Shown here piece by piece: positions 9,201-18,562 of a stretch of 64,000 bases of DNA. This DNA is from Anaerolineae bacterium. Lineage in GTDB: Bacteria; Chloroflexota; Anaerolineae; UBA1429. Numbering within the stretch: position 1 is the stretch's first letter; each line of letters opens with the position of its first letter. Where the stretch lies: positions 384,001 through 448,000 of the forward strand of contig OY776562.1 in the NCBI GenBank assembly GCA_963675785.1. The letters run 5' to 3'. The position numbers and the translations under genes are program-made. Under the pieces are notes generated by a model. It was not told where the DNA came from. It ran no database searches and saw only the letters and a list, made by a program, of their open reading frames with translations.

Positions 9201-10021
9201 TGCACCATTACCATAGGCTGAAAGACTTGCCCGTGTGGGGGCGCGTTGTATTTGTGGTGGCACTGGCGGCGGTGGTGCTGGGCCTGATTATTTCTGCTGC
9301 GCAGCAGCCGCAGACGGATGAAACCTGGGAGGGCGTTCTGGAGCGTGGAGCACTGCGCGTTGGCATGGATGCCAGTTATCCGCCTTTTGAAGTGGTGGAT
9401 GCCAACGGCGACTTTTTCGGGTATGATGTTGACTTGGCCCGATCGCTCGGCGAAAGGTGGGGCGTCGAGGTGCAGTTTGTGAACGTATCCTTCGACGGCC
9501 TGTATGATGCGCTTTTAGCAGATCGTTTTGATATCATCATCTCGGCTTTACCATACGACCAAACGCGAACGCAAGACGTTAGTTATACGCAATCGTATTT
9601 TAATGCGGGAGAAGTGTTGCTGGTTCGCGAGGGTGGCGGTATAGCTTCTGTAGATGATTTGAACGGTAATTGTGTTGCTGTAGAATTAGGTTCTGAAGGG
9701 CACCAACAGATTTTGCTTCAAGTGCGTAACAAGGGACTCGAACTCGAGATTATGACATTGCAGTCCTCGGATGAGCTAGTGTTAGCTTGTGCGGATAGCG
9801 GTGTGGATGCAATTGCTTGTGATCGTGTCAAAGCCTTGGAACTCTTGTCTACTTGTTCTGGCTGGTATGTGGTTGAGAGCCTGACAGAGGAGCCTTATGT
9901 GATCGCTGTATTGCCTGAGGCGGCGACGTTATTGGAAGAAACGGATATCGCTCTGGAAGCCTGGCTGGCTGATGGGTTTGTCGATGAGCTGGCTGGCAAA
10001 TGGTTTAGCACAGGAGGATAG
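9197..10021 (+). CDS. Amino-acid ABC transporter substrate-binding protein (family 3)
   Basis: LRVGMDASYPPFE, GYDVDLA, FDIIIS motifs. Confidence 0.85.
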   Translation: MMHHYHRLKDLPVWGRVVFVVALAAVVLGLIISAAQQPQTDETWEGVLERGALRVGMDASYPPFEVVDANGDFFGYDVDLARSLGERWGVEVQFVNVSFDGLYDALLADRFDIIISALPYDQTRTQDVSYTQSYFNAGEVLLVREGGGIASVDDLNGNCVAVELGSEGHQQILLQVRNKGLELEIMTLQSSDELVLACADSGVDAIACDRVKALELLSTCSGWYVVESLTEEPYVIAVLPEAATLLEETDIALEAWLADGFVDELAGKWFSTGG

Positions 10022-10025
10022 CACC

Positions 10026-10529
10026 GTGTTCGCGTTGAGACGTGACGCTGTGCGTCTGGCATCAGACTATGATGCGATACTCACCATGCACAAGATCAGT
10101 CTGACTATCAACTTTGCCGATCCACGGCTGAGTGAGACGGCTTTTCAGAGCAGTTTGGCTGATGCAATCGAACGTGGCGTTGTCTTTGCCTATCGGATTG
10201 GCGAAGAGCTCTACGGTTGGCTTTGGCTTGCCTATATGGACGAGAGCAGAGTTCACGTTCGTCAGATCGAGGTAGTCAAGCGCTATTGGGGGCAGGGCGT
10301 GGGCAAGACCATCATGCGTGATGCCATCGCTATGGCCATTGAGCAAGGCTGCCGTATGATGACGTTGAATGTAACCAAATCAAATCAACGCGCTGTCGGC
10401 CTCTACTCAGGTTTAGGATTCGAGGTTGTTGAAGACAAGGGAGCCAGACAGCTCATGCGGCTCGACTTGGCTTCTATAGCTGAGAGAGATCCGCTTCTTC
10501 TACAGGTACGGTCACATCCCCAAGCGTAA
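10026..10529 (+). CDS. GNAT family N-acetyltransferase
   Basis: RYWGQGVG motif A, N-x-x-A-x-x-LY-x-x-LGF; SD ggagga before GTG 10026. Confidence 0.8.
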   Translation: MFALRRDAVRLASDYDAILTMHKISLTINFADPRLSETAFQSSLADAIERGVVFAYRIGEELYGWLWLAYMDESRVHVRQIEVVKRYWGQGVGKTIMRDAIAMAIEQGCRMMTLNVTKSNQRAVGLYSGLGFEVVEDKGARQLMRLDLASIAERDPLLLQVRSHPQA

Positions 10530-10686
10530 TAACGTCCCCCGGGCGTATCTTTTTGCTGCGCTGCGTGCAGATTTCGCCATTTAACAGCACCTCGCCATCT
10601 TGAATGAGATGTTTTGCCTCGCCACCGGAGAATACCAACCCTTTGAGCTTGAGGAACTGGTCCAGACGAATGTAGCTATCGTCCAT
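10474..10686 (-). CDS. S4-domain RNA-binding protein (YaaA/YbcJ family)
   Basis: IRLDQFLK...SGGEAKHLIQDGEVLLNGE...KIRPGD. Confidence 0.9.
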   Translation of the reverse strand: MDDSYIRLDQFLKLKGLVFSGGEAKHLIQDGEVLLNGEICTQRSKKIRPGDVITLGDVTVPVEEADLSQL

Positions 10687-10700
10687 TTTTTTCTCCCTTG

Positions 10701-10736
10701 AAAGAAGCCGGGTATCGCTTTCTGCGATACCCGGCT
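10701..10736 (-). terminator. Terminator after pckA
   Basis: 13-bp perfect stem agccgggtatcgc/gcgatacccggct. Confidence 0.75.
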
Positions 10737-10753
10737 CTGTGTTTATAAAGCGC

Positions 10754-12403
10754 TTATTTGCCAGGGCACTGGGCTTCGACGGCAGGGTCGATGCCCTTGT
10801 CGCCATAGGCCTTGTCAAAGTGCGTAGCAAAGTCAGCGGCCAACTTGTTGGCGCGCTTGTCATAGGCGTCCTTGTCAGCCCAAGTGTTCCTGGGGAAGAG
10901 CACCTCAGACGGGACATTGGGGACGGTGGTTGGGACCTGAATGTGGAAAATTGGGTCCTCTTTGTACTCGACATCAGAGAGCTGGCCACTCAGCGCAGCA
11001 GTCACGATGGCGCGGGTCAAGGTGATGTCCATACGAGAGCCAATGCCGTAAGGGCCACCGCTCCAGCCGGTATTGACCAAAAAGACCTCGGTGCCATGTT
11101 CGCGCATCTTTTCACCCAGCATGTTCGCATAGATATCCGGGTTGAGCGACATGAACGGCTCACCAAAGAAGCGGGAGAAGGTCGAAACAGGATCGGTGAT
11201 GCCTGTCTCAGTGCCGGCCAATTTGCTGGTGTAACCCATGAGGAACCAGAGCATGGCTTGCTCAGGAGAGAGCTTGGCAACTGGCGGAAGCACGCCAAAG
11301 GCGTCTGCCGTCAGGAAGAGAATGGTGCTCGGATGATCGCTAGTGGAGCTCTTCTTGATGTTGGTCAGGAAAGAGAGCGGATAAGAACCACGCGAGTTTT
11401 CCGTGAGGCGGCCATCGTCGAGGTCAAAGGTGCCATCGGGCCACATCATGGCGTTTTCAACGATAGAGCCGTGCTCAAGGTAGCAAGCCTTGTGGAACAT
11501 GGCCTTGTAGATCTCGGGCTCTTTGGCTTCGCGCAGGTTGATGAGCTTGGCATAGCAGCCATTCTCAAAGTTGGCGATACCTGCGTCGCTCCAGCCGTGC
11601 TCGTCGTCACCCAGCAGGGCGCGATCGGGGTCGGCGGAGAGGGTGGTCTTGCCTGTGCCAGAAAGACCGAGGAGCAATGCGCTCTTGCCATCACTGCCTT
11701 CGTTTGCTGAACAGTGCAATGGCAGAATGCCTTCGAATGGCAGCAAATAGTTCATGACGCTAAATATAAGCTTTTTGATTGAGCCACAATAGGCCGAGCC
11801 GTAAACAATGCCCATGCCACGATAGGGATCCATTACGACGGCCATATTGGAGGTCTTGCTGCCGGCTTTGCGCAGGCGGCCGTCATACTTGGAGGCCTCT
11901 ACTTTATCATAAGGAAGCGCGATCAGCGTAAATGGCCGATCTGCAAAGCAGCTCTTGGCAATGTCGTCAGGAATCGGGCGGAACATGTTGTCGACAAAAG
12001 CGATGTGTAGGGCCTTGTCAGAGACGACCTTGACCGGGAGGGCGTAGGCGGAATCTGCGCCGACTACGCGATCGACCACGTAAACCTTGTCCTTGCCGCC
12101 GAGGGCAGCCAGGGCATCTTCCCAGAGCATATCAAAGGTATCGGGGGTCATGGGGATGTTATTGGGTGAATCCCAGTCGATCTGGCTGGCAGTGGCCTCG
12201 TGGCGAACCACATAGGTGTCCTTGGGGCTACGACCAGTGGACTCGGGTGGAGTCCAAGTGACGAGTGACCCATTCGCCGAAACGAGCGCCTCTTTATTCT
12301 CTACGGCAGCCCTGATCAATTCCTTTCGATCGAGGTTGTCGAACACATTCGAATGTCCCTTTAGAACAGAACTTAGTGCCTCAGTATGCTTTGACGCGGC
12401 CAT
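10754..12403 (-). CDS. pckA: Phosphoenolpyruvate carboxykinase (ATP)
   Basis: TGRSPKD, LHCSAN, GLSGTGKTTLS, GDDEHGW, GCYAK, TENSR. Confidence 0.97.
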   Translation of the reverse strand: MAASKHTEALSSVLKGHSNVFDNLDRKELIRAAVENKEALVSANGSLVTWTPPESTGRSPKDTYVVRHEATASQIDWDSPNNIPMTPDTFDMLWEDALAALGGKDKVYVVDRVVGADSAYALPVKVVSDKALHIAFVDNMFRPIPDDIAKSCFADRPFTLIALPYDKVEASKYDGRLRKAGSKTSNMAVVMDPYRGMGIVYGSAYCGSIKKLIFSVMNYLLPFEGILPLHCSANEGSDGKSALLLGLSGTGKTTLSADPDRALLGDDEHGWSDAGIANFENGCYAKLINLREAKEPEIYKAMFHKACYLEHGSIVENAMMWPDGTFDLDDGRLTENSRGSYPLSFLTNIKKSSTSDHPSTILFLTADAFGVLPPVAKLSPEQAMLWFLMGYTSKLAGTETGITDPVSTFSRFFGEPFMSLNPDIYANMLGEKMREHGTEVFLVNTGWSGGPYGIGSRMDITLTRAIVTAALSGQLSDVEYKEDPIFHIQVPTTVPNVPSEVLFPRNTWADKDAYDKRANKLAADFATHFDKAYGDKGIDPAVEAQCPGK

Positions 12404-12499
12404 CTACGATCTCCTTTTCGACCACTAGTGCGAGTACACCTCGCGCAAGGGCAGGCTATAGCACCAACATGCCATAGTCCCCCATTGTATATTGTTACT

Positions 12500-12528
12500 A
12501 GGATACACGGTTTCGTTGTGCACGTCAA
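12500..12528 (-). promoter_or_regulatory. Putative pckA promoter
   Basis: Minus strand TTGACG-17 nt-TATCCT. Confidence 0.45.
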
Positions 12529-12630
12529 CTCTTTTTGATAAACAGAATCAACAAGAGCTTATCGGGTACTAGTCATCGTTTCATGAATCGATTATGATAG
12601 CGCCGAGAGCTGCGGATTAGGAGAGAATAC

Positions 12631-13686
12631 ATGCGCGAATCGATGACACCTCGTGAACGTTGGCTTGCTGTACTGCAGGGCGATCTTCCTGATCGGATCC
12701 CCATGGACTATTGGGCAACAGAGGAGGTCAGCGTCAAGCTGGTAGCACACCTTGGCGTGCCCGATCTGGACGCAGCACTCGACCAACTTCATGTGGATCG
12801 ACCTCGGACTGTGGCTGGACACTATATTGGCCCGACATGCCCTGCGGATACCGACGTGTTTGGCATTCGCCGCCGTTCGGTCAGTTATGGTGCGGGTACC
12901 TACGACGAGGTAATGACTCATCCTCTGGCCGAGTTCAAGACGGTAGAAGAAATCGAGGCCAATTATTGCTGGCCCGATCCCGATTGGTGGGATTACAGCA
13001 AGGTGGCTGAGCAGCTCGTGGGGTGGGAGGACTATCCCATTCGGGGTGGCGGTTCGGAACCTTTCTTACTTTACAAGGCATTGCGCGGCGACGAGCAGGC
13101 TTTTATGGATTTGGCACTCAACCCCGCGATTGCCCATTATTGCCTTGATAAGCTCTTTGAGCTGGCCTATCAGAATACACTGCGCATCTATGAGGCCATC
13201 CCCAGTCGGGTGGATATAACCTATGTGGCCGAGGATATGGGCAGTCAGGAGGGGTTGCTTTTTTCGCCCAAGCAGATCAAAACTTTTCTAATCCCGCGGA
13301 TGAAGCGCATCATCGATCTGGCTCATTCTGCGGGGGCCTATGTGTTCCATCATAGCGATGGTGCCGTTCGCAAGATTCTCCCCACTATGATCGAGACCGG
13401 CATCGATGTACTCAATCCCATTCAATGGAAGTGTGTGGGCATGGAGCGTGAGGGGCTCAAACGCGATTTCGGCCAGGACCTGGTCTTTCACGGTGGTGTA
13501 GATAACCAATATACCTTGGCCTTTGGATCAGTGGACGAGGTGCGCCAGGAAGTGCGCGATGACATCCGCATCCTGGGTGCTGGCGGGGGCTATATTTTGG
13601 CGCCCTGCCATAACATTCAGGCGGTCAGCCCGGCGGAGAACATCGTGGCTATGTACGAAACGGGCTACCAAGAGGGCTGGTACTAG
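12631..13686 (+). CDS. Uroporphyrinogen decarboxylase (URO-D)/MtaA-like family protein
   Basis: MTPRER...PDRIP, EDMG, HSDG, LNPIQ, GGYILAPCHNI. Confidence 0.85.
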   Translation: MRESMTPRERWLAVLQGDLPDRIPMDYWATEEVSVKLVAHLGVPDLDAALDQLHVDRPRTVAGHYIGPTCPADTDVFGIRRRSVSYGAGTYDEVMTHPLAEFKTVEEIEANYCWPDPDWWDYSKVAEQLVGWEDYPIRGGGSEPFLLYKALRGDEQAFMDLALNPAIAHYCLDKLFELAYQNTLRIYEAIPSRVDITYVAEDMGSQEGLLFSPKQIKTFLIPRMKRIIDLAHSAGAYVFHHSDGAVRKILPTMIETGIDVLNPIQWKCVGMEREGLKRDFGQDLVFHGGVDNQYTLAFGSVDEVRQEVRDDIRILGAGGGYILAPCHNIQAVSPAENIVAMYETGYQEGWY

Positions 13687-13714
13687 AAAACAGAACGAGA
13701 TTGAGGAGATTTGC

Positions 13715-14323
13715 ATGTACATTGGTCGATTTGTGGTGTTGGGCAAAACGAGTGCGGATGAATGGTACCTGGGCTATCGCGTGTCCTCGCGCTCCTTTCC
13801 CAACCGCTTGATTCGAACCCTGGCTGACCGGGCCATGGTGGTACCCACCAGCGATGCGCCGCCGACGGATAATCCCTACATTAGCTACAACTGTTTACGT
13901 CGGAATGGTGATATCTGGGTGCTGGGCAATGGCTCACAGGTGGACCCCATCATCGATAAAGTGAGTTTGGGCTATGGCTTGCGTGACGCCCTGGCGCTCT
14001 CGCTGTTGGCTCTGGATTACGAGCATGACCAGTACAATACGCCTCGCGTAGTGGCTGCACTGGACCGGGACGCGGATAGCGGTTACCTTGGCATTGTGGC
14101 CGACAATCAGTTGAGCGTACGCGAGATGGCCGTAGAGCCGGGAGAAGCGCTATTGGTCGCCACGTATGAGGCGACACAGCCTACATCCGTCCATCTGGTA
14201 GGGGATGATGCGGCGACTTTGTGTGACGCGCTGTTCACTTGCGAATATGAACTACCTGTGGCGGCTCTGGTGGTGCATTTTGGCAACGAGGTGGATATAG
14301 CCTCACGTTCTGCCCGCGAATGA
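13715..14323 (+). CDS. purO: IMP cyclohydrolase, archaeal PurO type
   Basis: MYIGRF...YRVSSRSFPNR, NPYISYNC, NGSQ, DYEHDQYNTPR, ATYE; SD gaggag. Confidence 0.9.
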   Translation: MYIGRFVVLGKTSADEWYLGYRVSSRSFPNRLIRTLADRAMVVPTSDAPPTDNPYISYNCLRRNGDIWVLGNGSQVDPIIDKVSLGYGLRDALALSLLALDYEHDQYNTPRVVAALDRDADSGYLGIVADNQLSVREMAVEPGEALLVATYEATQPTSVHLVGDDAATLCDALFTCEYELPVAALVVHFGNEVDIASRSARE

Positions 14324-14334
14324 GCCAAGAGAAT

Positions 14335-14368
14335 AGCGGCCCTGTCTATGTGGACGGGGCCGTTTTCT
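14335..14368. terminator. Intrinsic terminator
   Basis: cggccctgtc/gacggggccg hairpin plus T-run between convergent genes. Confidence 0.65.
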
Positions 14369-15877
14369 TTAGAGGAGGGCGATCAATTGGGCGACAAGCA
14401 ATCCGCCCAAAACGATAAACAGAATAGCCATAGCCAGTTTGGTAGCAGCCACATGCTCGGTGAACCAGCTTTGCAGTTTTTTGATGCTCAGACCGTAAAC
14501 GGCCATTAGCAGCACGATCAGCAGAGGAAGGATAAAAGCCAGATTATAAAGCAGCAGGTAGAGCACGCCCCGAGTGCGCATGCTGTCCAGGCTGACCACA
14601 AAAGAAATGGTGGGCAGGTAAACCTGGCCGGTGCAGGCCAGTTCTAGCAGTGATACCACCAGACCAGTGACAAAGGCGGCGCCCACAAAGGCCTTGCTGG
14701 AATCGCGGATGCGCAGACGAATGCGTTCGCGCAGTTTATCGGGCAAAGTCATCTGCATGTCATGCAGGTACCCCTGGCGGGCTAGCACATAGTCGCGGAT
14801 GCTCAACACAGCCATGACGATACAGGCGGCGGCCATCAGACCATAGAGGATGCTGGCCACGATGTGAATAGAGGTGGCCAGGCTTAGCAGGTTCATGAGG
14901 CCCAAACCAACGAGAAAATAAGCTACGAATACGCCCAAGGCAAAAGCTAGGCCCACAAAGAGCATCTCGCGGCGCTTGCGTTTGCCAATGGCCAAATAGG
15001 AGACAAAGAACAGGATAGTGGCAAAGGCGCAGGGGTTGATGCCGTCAATCAGGCCGGCGCCGATGATAGCCAGCGGGCCGATCTCTTCAAAGCGCTCGAC
15101 GATGCTACTACCGCCTGCCTCAGAGTCCAATTTCTCCCAAAAGGCCGGTGCACCTGATGAAACATACTGGGAGAGCACTGCCCGCACGTTCTCACTGGTG
15201 ATCTCGTCAGCGATAATGGCATCGCTTCCCACGTAAATCGAGGGAGCAATGAGCCGGCGATCCTCCGCCAACCCCATAGCTTCACCCATGGCTTCAACTA
15301 TGGCTGCATCATCCACGTGATTGAAGGTGGTTACCTCCATGCCGGGGAATTCGAAAGCGAGGGCATCCAGCACCAGCTTGGCGCGGGCACAGTCGCTACA
15401 GCCATCGCGTTCTATATAGGCAACATGGAGGGGGGCGCCATCATAAGGTTGTGTCGTAGCAGTAGGCACAAGGCCTAACGGATCCAGTGTATCGCTTGAG
15501 GTGTTGATCGCAGCCGAGCTGATAGCAGCGCGCACCGCCTCATCTAGTGCAGCGATGGTGGTTGTAGAGTACAACATCTGGTCACCAATGATGACGGTGG
15601 GCACGCTGGGCGATTTCTGATCGAGGCGTTCTTCTTGTGCTTCAAGCTCGGTCAGCCCCTCGGTCGAGGAGACATCCACCAGTACGACATCGATCGGTGC
15701 CTGAGCATCTGCTACGATACCCGGCAGGTACTCGTCGATAAAAGTGTGGCAATGCGAACAAGTTGGTGAGTAATAGACCCTGACCTCGATAGTATCATCT
15801 GCCAATACGGGCAATAGGCTTGGCCAGGCCAGGATCAGCAACATTAGGGCAAGAAAAAGAGCGATCCGTCGTCTCAT
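14369..15877 (-). CDS. Thioredoxin/glutaredoxin-CcdA(DsbD-like) fusion membrane redox protein
   Basis: Signal peptide, two CxxC domains (CSHC, CSDC), TM domain with DGINPCA and ELACTGQVY. Confidence 0.85.
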   Translation of the reverse strand: MRRRIALFLALMLLILAWPSLLPVLADDTIEVRVYYSPTCSHCHTFIDEYLPGIVADAQAPIDVVLVDVSSTEGLTELEAQEERLDQKSPSVPTVIIGDQMLYSTTTIAALDEAVRAAISSAAINTSSDTLDPLGLVPTATTQPYDGAPLHVAYIERDGCSDCARAKLVLDALAFEFPGMEVTTFNHVDDAAIVEAMGEAMGLAEDRRLIAPSIYVGSDAIIADEITSENVRAVLSQYVSSGAPAFWEKLDSEAGGSSIVERFEEIGPLAIIGAGLIDGINPCAFATILFFVSYLAIGKRKRREMLFVGLAFALGVFVAYFLVGLGLMNLLSLATSIHIVASILYGLMAAACIVMAVLSIRDYVLARQGYLHDMQMTLPDKLRERIRLRIRDSSKAFVGAAFVTGLVVSLLELACTGQVYLPTISFVVSLDSMRTRGVLYLLLYNLAFILPLLIVLLMAVYGLSIKKLQSWFTEHVAATKLAMAILFIVLGGLLVAQLIALL

Positions 15878-15946
15878 ATCGTTCCTGTCTGTCGCACAGT
15901 AATAAATACTTTTGGCAAGTATAGCCTCTGGAAGAACTCGCCGCAA

Positions 15947-15977
15947 AGATACATCTGTCAGATACATCTGACAGATA
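15947..15977. promoter_or_regulatory. Palindromic/direct-repeat operator-like site
   Basis: ATCTGTCAGAT-ac-ATCTGACAGAT perfect 11-bp inverted repeat inside a 13-nt-period direct repeat, in a divergent intergenic region. Confidence 0.5.
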
Positions 15978-16044
15978 GACGAACAACGCCAAATGCGCTA
16001 AAATGGACAAACGTGCATTGCGCATATATACAAGGAGATGCCTC

Positions 16045-17856
16045 ATGCCTTCGGAGATAAAATCGCGTAGCGAGTTGAACCCCGCTGACCAATGGAATCT
16101 GGGCGCCCTCTATGCCTCACCTGATGCTTGGGAGAGCGAAATGATCGCTGCCCAGAACCTCGGAGAATCGATTGTGCGCTACGCGGGCCATCTGGCCGAC
16201 TCGCCCGAGGCCCTGGCGCAGGCGCTCACTGACTGGTTTGCCGCCATCCGCCAGGTCGAAAAACTCTATGTGTATGCCCATCTGGTCCATGATCAGGATT
16301 TGGGTAACGCCGTTGGCCAGACCAAGTTCGATCGTGCTCAATCCTTTTTCATTCAACTGGATGCGGCAGGCTCGTTCATTGCTCCCGAGATTTTGGCCAT
16401 TGAAGAAGAGACGGTTCGTGGTTGGCTGGTGAACCCCTCGTTGGTGCCCTACCGCTTTTGGCTGGAGGACTTGCTGCGGGGTAAACCGCATACCCTCTCT
16501 GCCTCGGAAGAGCGGCTGCTCTCCATGGTCTCAGAGCCGCTTGCCGCGCTGCACCAGGTGTACAGCGTGCTCAAGAACGTGGATATCACTGCGCGCTTGC
16601 CGCGTGTTGCTGGCGAATCGGGCGAGCCCGAGCAGTTGAGCCATGCCGCCTTTATCCGTATGCAGGAAAGCCACGATCGCTCGTTGCGCAAGGCCGCTTT
16701 TGAGGCCTATTACGTCGAATGGCAAGGCAATTGCCAGACGGCTTTGGCTGCACTGGATGGCGCCATCAAGGCCAATATTTTCGAGGCCCAGGCCCGCAAT
16801 TTTGACAACGCCCTGGCCAGCGCCCTTTTCCCGGACAATGTTTCTTCAGCAGTGTACGATGCCCTCATCGAGGCCGTCCACGGCGCACTACCCGCTTTTT
16901 ATGACTATGTGGCTCTACGCAAGCGGCTTCTCGGTTTGGACGAGATGCACATGTACGACAACTATGTGCCTGTGGTCTCTGAGGTGAGTGCCGAGTATAC
17001 CTATGACGAGGCTGTGGAGATTATCTGCGAGGCTCTGGCTCCCCTGGGTGAGGACTATGTGCGGATTGCCCGGGAGGGCATGACCACAGGTTGGGTGGAC
17101 CGTTACGAGAACAAGGGCAAGCGCAGCGGCGCCTATTCCTCGGGCTGCTATGATTCGTTGCCTTACATTCTGATGAACTTTACGGGCACATTGGATTCTG
17201 TGTTCACTCTGGCCCACGAACTGGGCCATTCCATGCACAGCTATCTTTCTAATGCAAACCAACCCTATCATTTGGCGGATTACCGCATTCTAGTGGCCGA
17301 AGTAGCCTCCACCACCAACGAGAGCCTGTTGACCCACTATTTGCTCAATAAAGAGACCGATCTGCGCCGCCGGGCCTATCTGGTGGATCGCTACCTGGAC
17401 AGCTTTAGAGCTACTTTATTCCGCCAAACCATGTTCGCCGAATTCGAAAAGATGCTCTATGAGATGATCGAGGGGGGCGAGCCGCTCACGGTGGATGCGT
17501 TGAACGAGCGCTATCTGGCGTTGGTCAAGCTCTACTTTGGTGATAGCGTGGCCTTTGACGAGGAAGACAAGCCCATCTCTTGGGAATGGGCGCGCGTGGA
17601 TCACTTTTTCTACGATTTCTATGTCTACAAGTACGCTACGGGCATGGCTTCGGCCGTGGATATTGCCCAGCGTATTTTAGACAAGGAACCAGGCGCCCTA
17701 GAGAATTATATGGTTTTTTTGAGCGGTGGCGGCAGCGATTATCCGCTGAATCTGCTCAAGGGTGCGGGGGTCGATCTGGAGACGCCCGAGCCGGTGGCCA
17801 ACGCTCTGCGTGAGTTCGGCCAGTTCGTACAAGAGCTGGACAGACTTCTCTCTTAA
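16045..17856 (+). CDS. pepF: Oligoendopeptidase F (M3B)
   Basis: KRSGAYS, HELGHSMH, AEVAST, FYVYKYA. Confidence 0.95.
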   Translation: MPSEIKSRSELNPADQWNLGALYASPDAWESEMIAAQNLGESIVRYAGHLADSPEALAQALTDWFAAIRQVEKLYVYAHLVHDQDLGNAVGQTKFDRAQSFFIQLDAAGSFIAPEILAIEEETVRGWLVNPSLVPYRFWLEDLLRGKPHTLSASEERLLSMVSEPLAALHQVYSVLKNVDITARLPRVAGESGEPEQLSHAAFIRMQESHDRSLRKAAFEAYYVEWQGNCQTALAALDGAIKANIFEAQARNFDNALASALFPDNVSSAVYDALIEAVHGALPAFYDYVALRKRLLGLDEMHMYDNYVPVVSEVSAEYTYDEAVEIICEALAPLGEDYVRIAREGMTTGWVDRYENKGKRSGAYSSGCYDSLPYILMNFTGTLDSVFTLAHELGHSMHSYLSNANQPYHLADYRILVAEVASTTNESLLTHYLLNKETDLRRRAYLVDRYLDSFRATLFRQTMFAEFEKMLYEMIEGGEPLTVDALNERYLALVKLYFGDSVAFDEEDKPISWEWARVDHFFYDFYVYKYATGMASAVDIAQRILDKEPGALENYMVFLSGGGSDYPLNLLKGAGVDLETPEPVANALREFGQFVQELDRLLS

Positions 17857-17870
17857 CGAGGAAATGCCAC

Positions 17871-17901
17871 GGGGCGCAAGTTTATAGCTTGTGCCCCTTT
17901 T
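17871..17901. terminator. Intrinsic terminator
   Basis: ggggcgcaag/cttgtgcccc stem plus tttt. Confidence 0.65.
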
Positions 17902-17912
17902 GTTTGCAGTTG

Positions 17913-18398
17913 TTATTTCTTGTAGCCAATCATTCGTAAAAAGCCGCGGCGCCACGCAACGCCCGTCTCATCCTCAATACCCAGAGGCGATTCGCCATCG
18001 ATGACGCCCATGATGCCGCGTCCTTGTTCTGTTTCAGCGATAACCACCTGCGTGGGGTTGGCTGTGGCGCAAAAGATGCGGCAGACTTCTGGCACCATCT
18101 TGATGGTGTTGAGCACGTTGATGGGGAACACGCCATCGCCTAGCATGATGATGAAACTGTGCCCGGCGCTCAAAGCCATGGCGTTCCGTTCGGCCAATGC
18201 TTTGAGCGTGTCGTCGGTGCCCTCAGAGCGGATCCAACGCTGCCCCGAGGCCTCGCAAAAGGCCAGGCCAAAAGCAATGCCGGGGACACTCTGCACCAGC
18301 GCTTCATAGAGATCCTCGACGGTCTTGATAAAATGGCTCTGTCCCAAAATGAAATTCGTATCTGCCTCTTTTTCGATGGCAACGAGCTTGAGTTCCAT
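17913..18398 (-). CDS. Adenosine-specific kinase family protein (DUF355)
   Basis: GQSHFIKTVED, AFCEASG, FPIN, CATANP, RGIMGVIDG. Confidence 0.9.
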   Translation of the reverse strand: MELKLVAIEKEADTNFILGQSHFIKTVEDLYEALVQSVPGIAFGLAFCEASGQRWIRSEGTDDTLKALAERNAMALSAGHSFIIMLGDGVFPINVLNTIKMVPEVCRIFCATANPTQVVIAETEQGRGIMGVIDGESPLGIEDETGVAWRRGFLRMIGYKK

Positions 18399-18562
18399 GT
18401 GCACTCTCCTCGAATTCTGTTCTTATTCGTAATGCTAGTTATAGTAGTCCTTTGCCGAGATCTCGGTCAACTGCTGCGTGCGGGTTGTGCTGGTGGCATT
18501 GAGCTCTATCCTTTCAACAGGTATAATTGACATATGTACATAACTATAGGCAAAGGTGAGTC

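Noticed and set aside
10739-11710. 323-aa plus-strand ORF, and similar long antisense ORFs at 21597-22454, 43189-43926 and 45253-45918
   Set aside because: These are shadow ORFs antisense to well-conserved genes (pckA, trmD, topoisomerase) with no recognisable motifs.
12404-12495. Hairpins in the pckA leader as a riboswitch
   Set aside because: Only two short stems, with no recognisable aptamer consensus or terminator.
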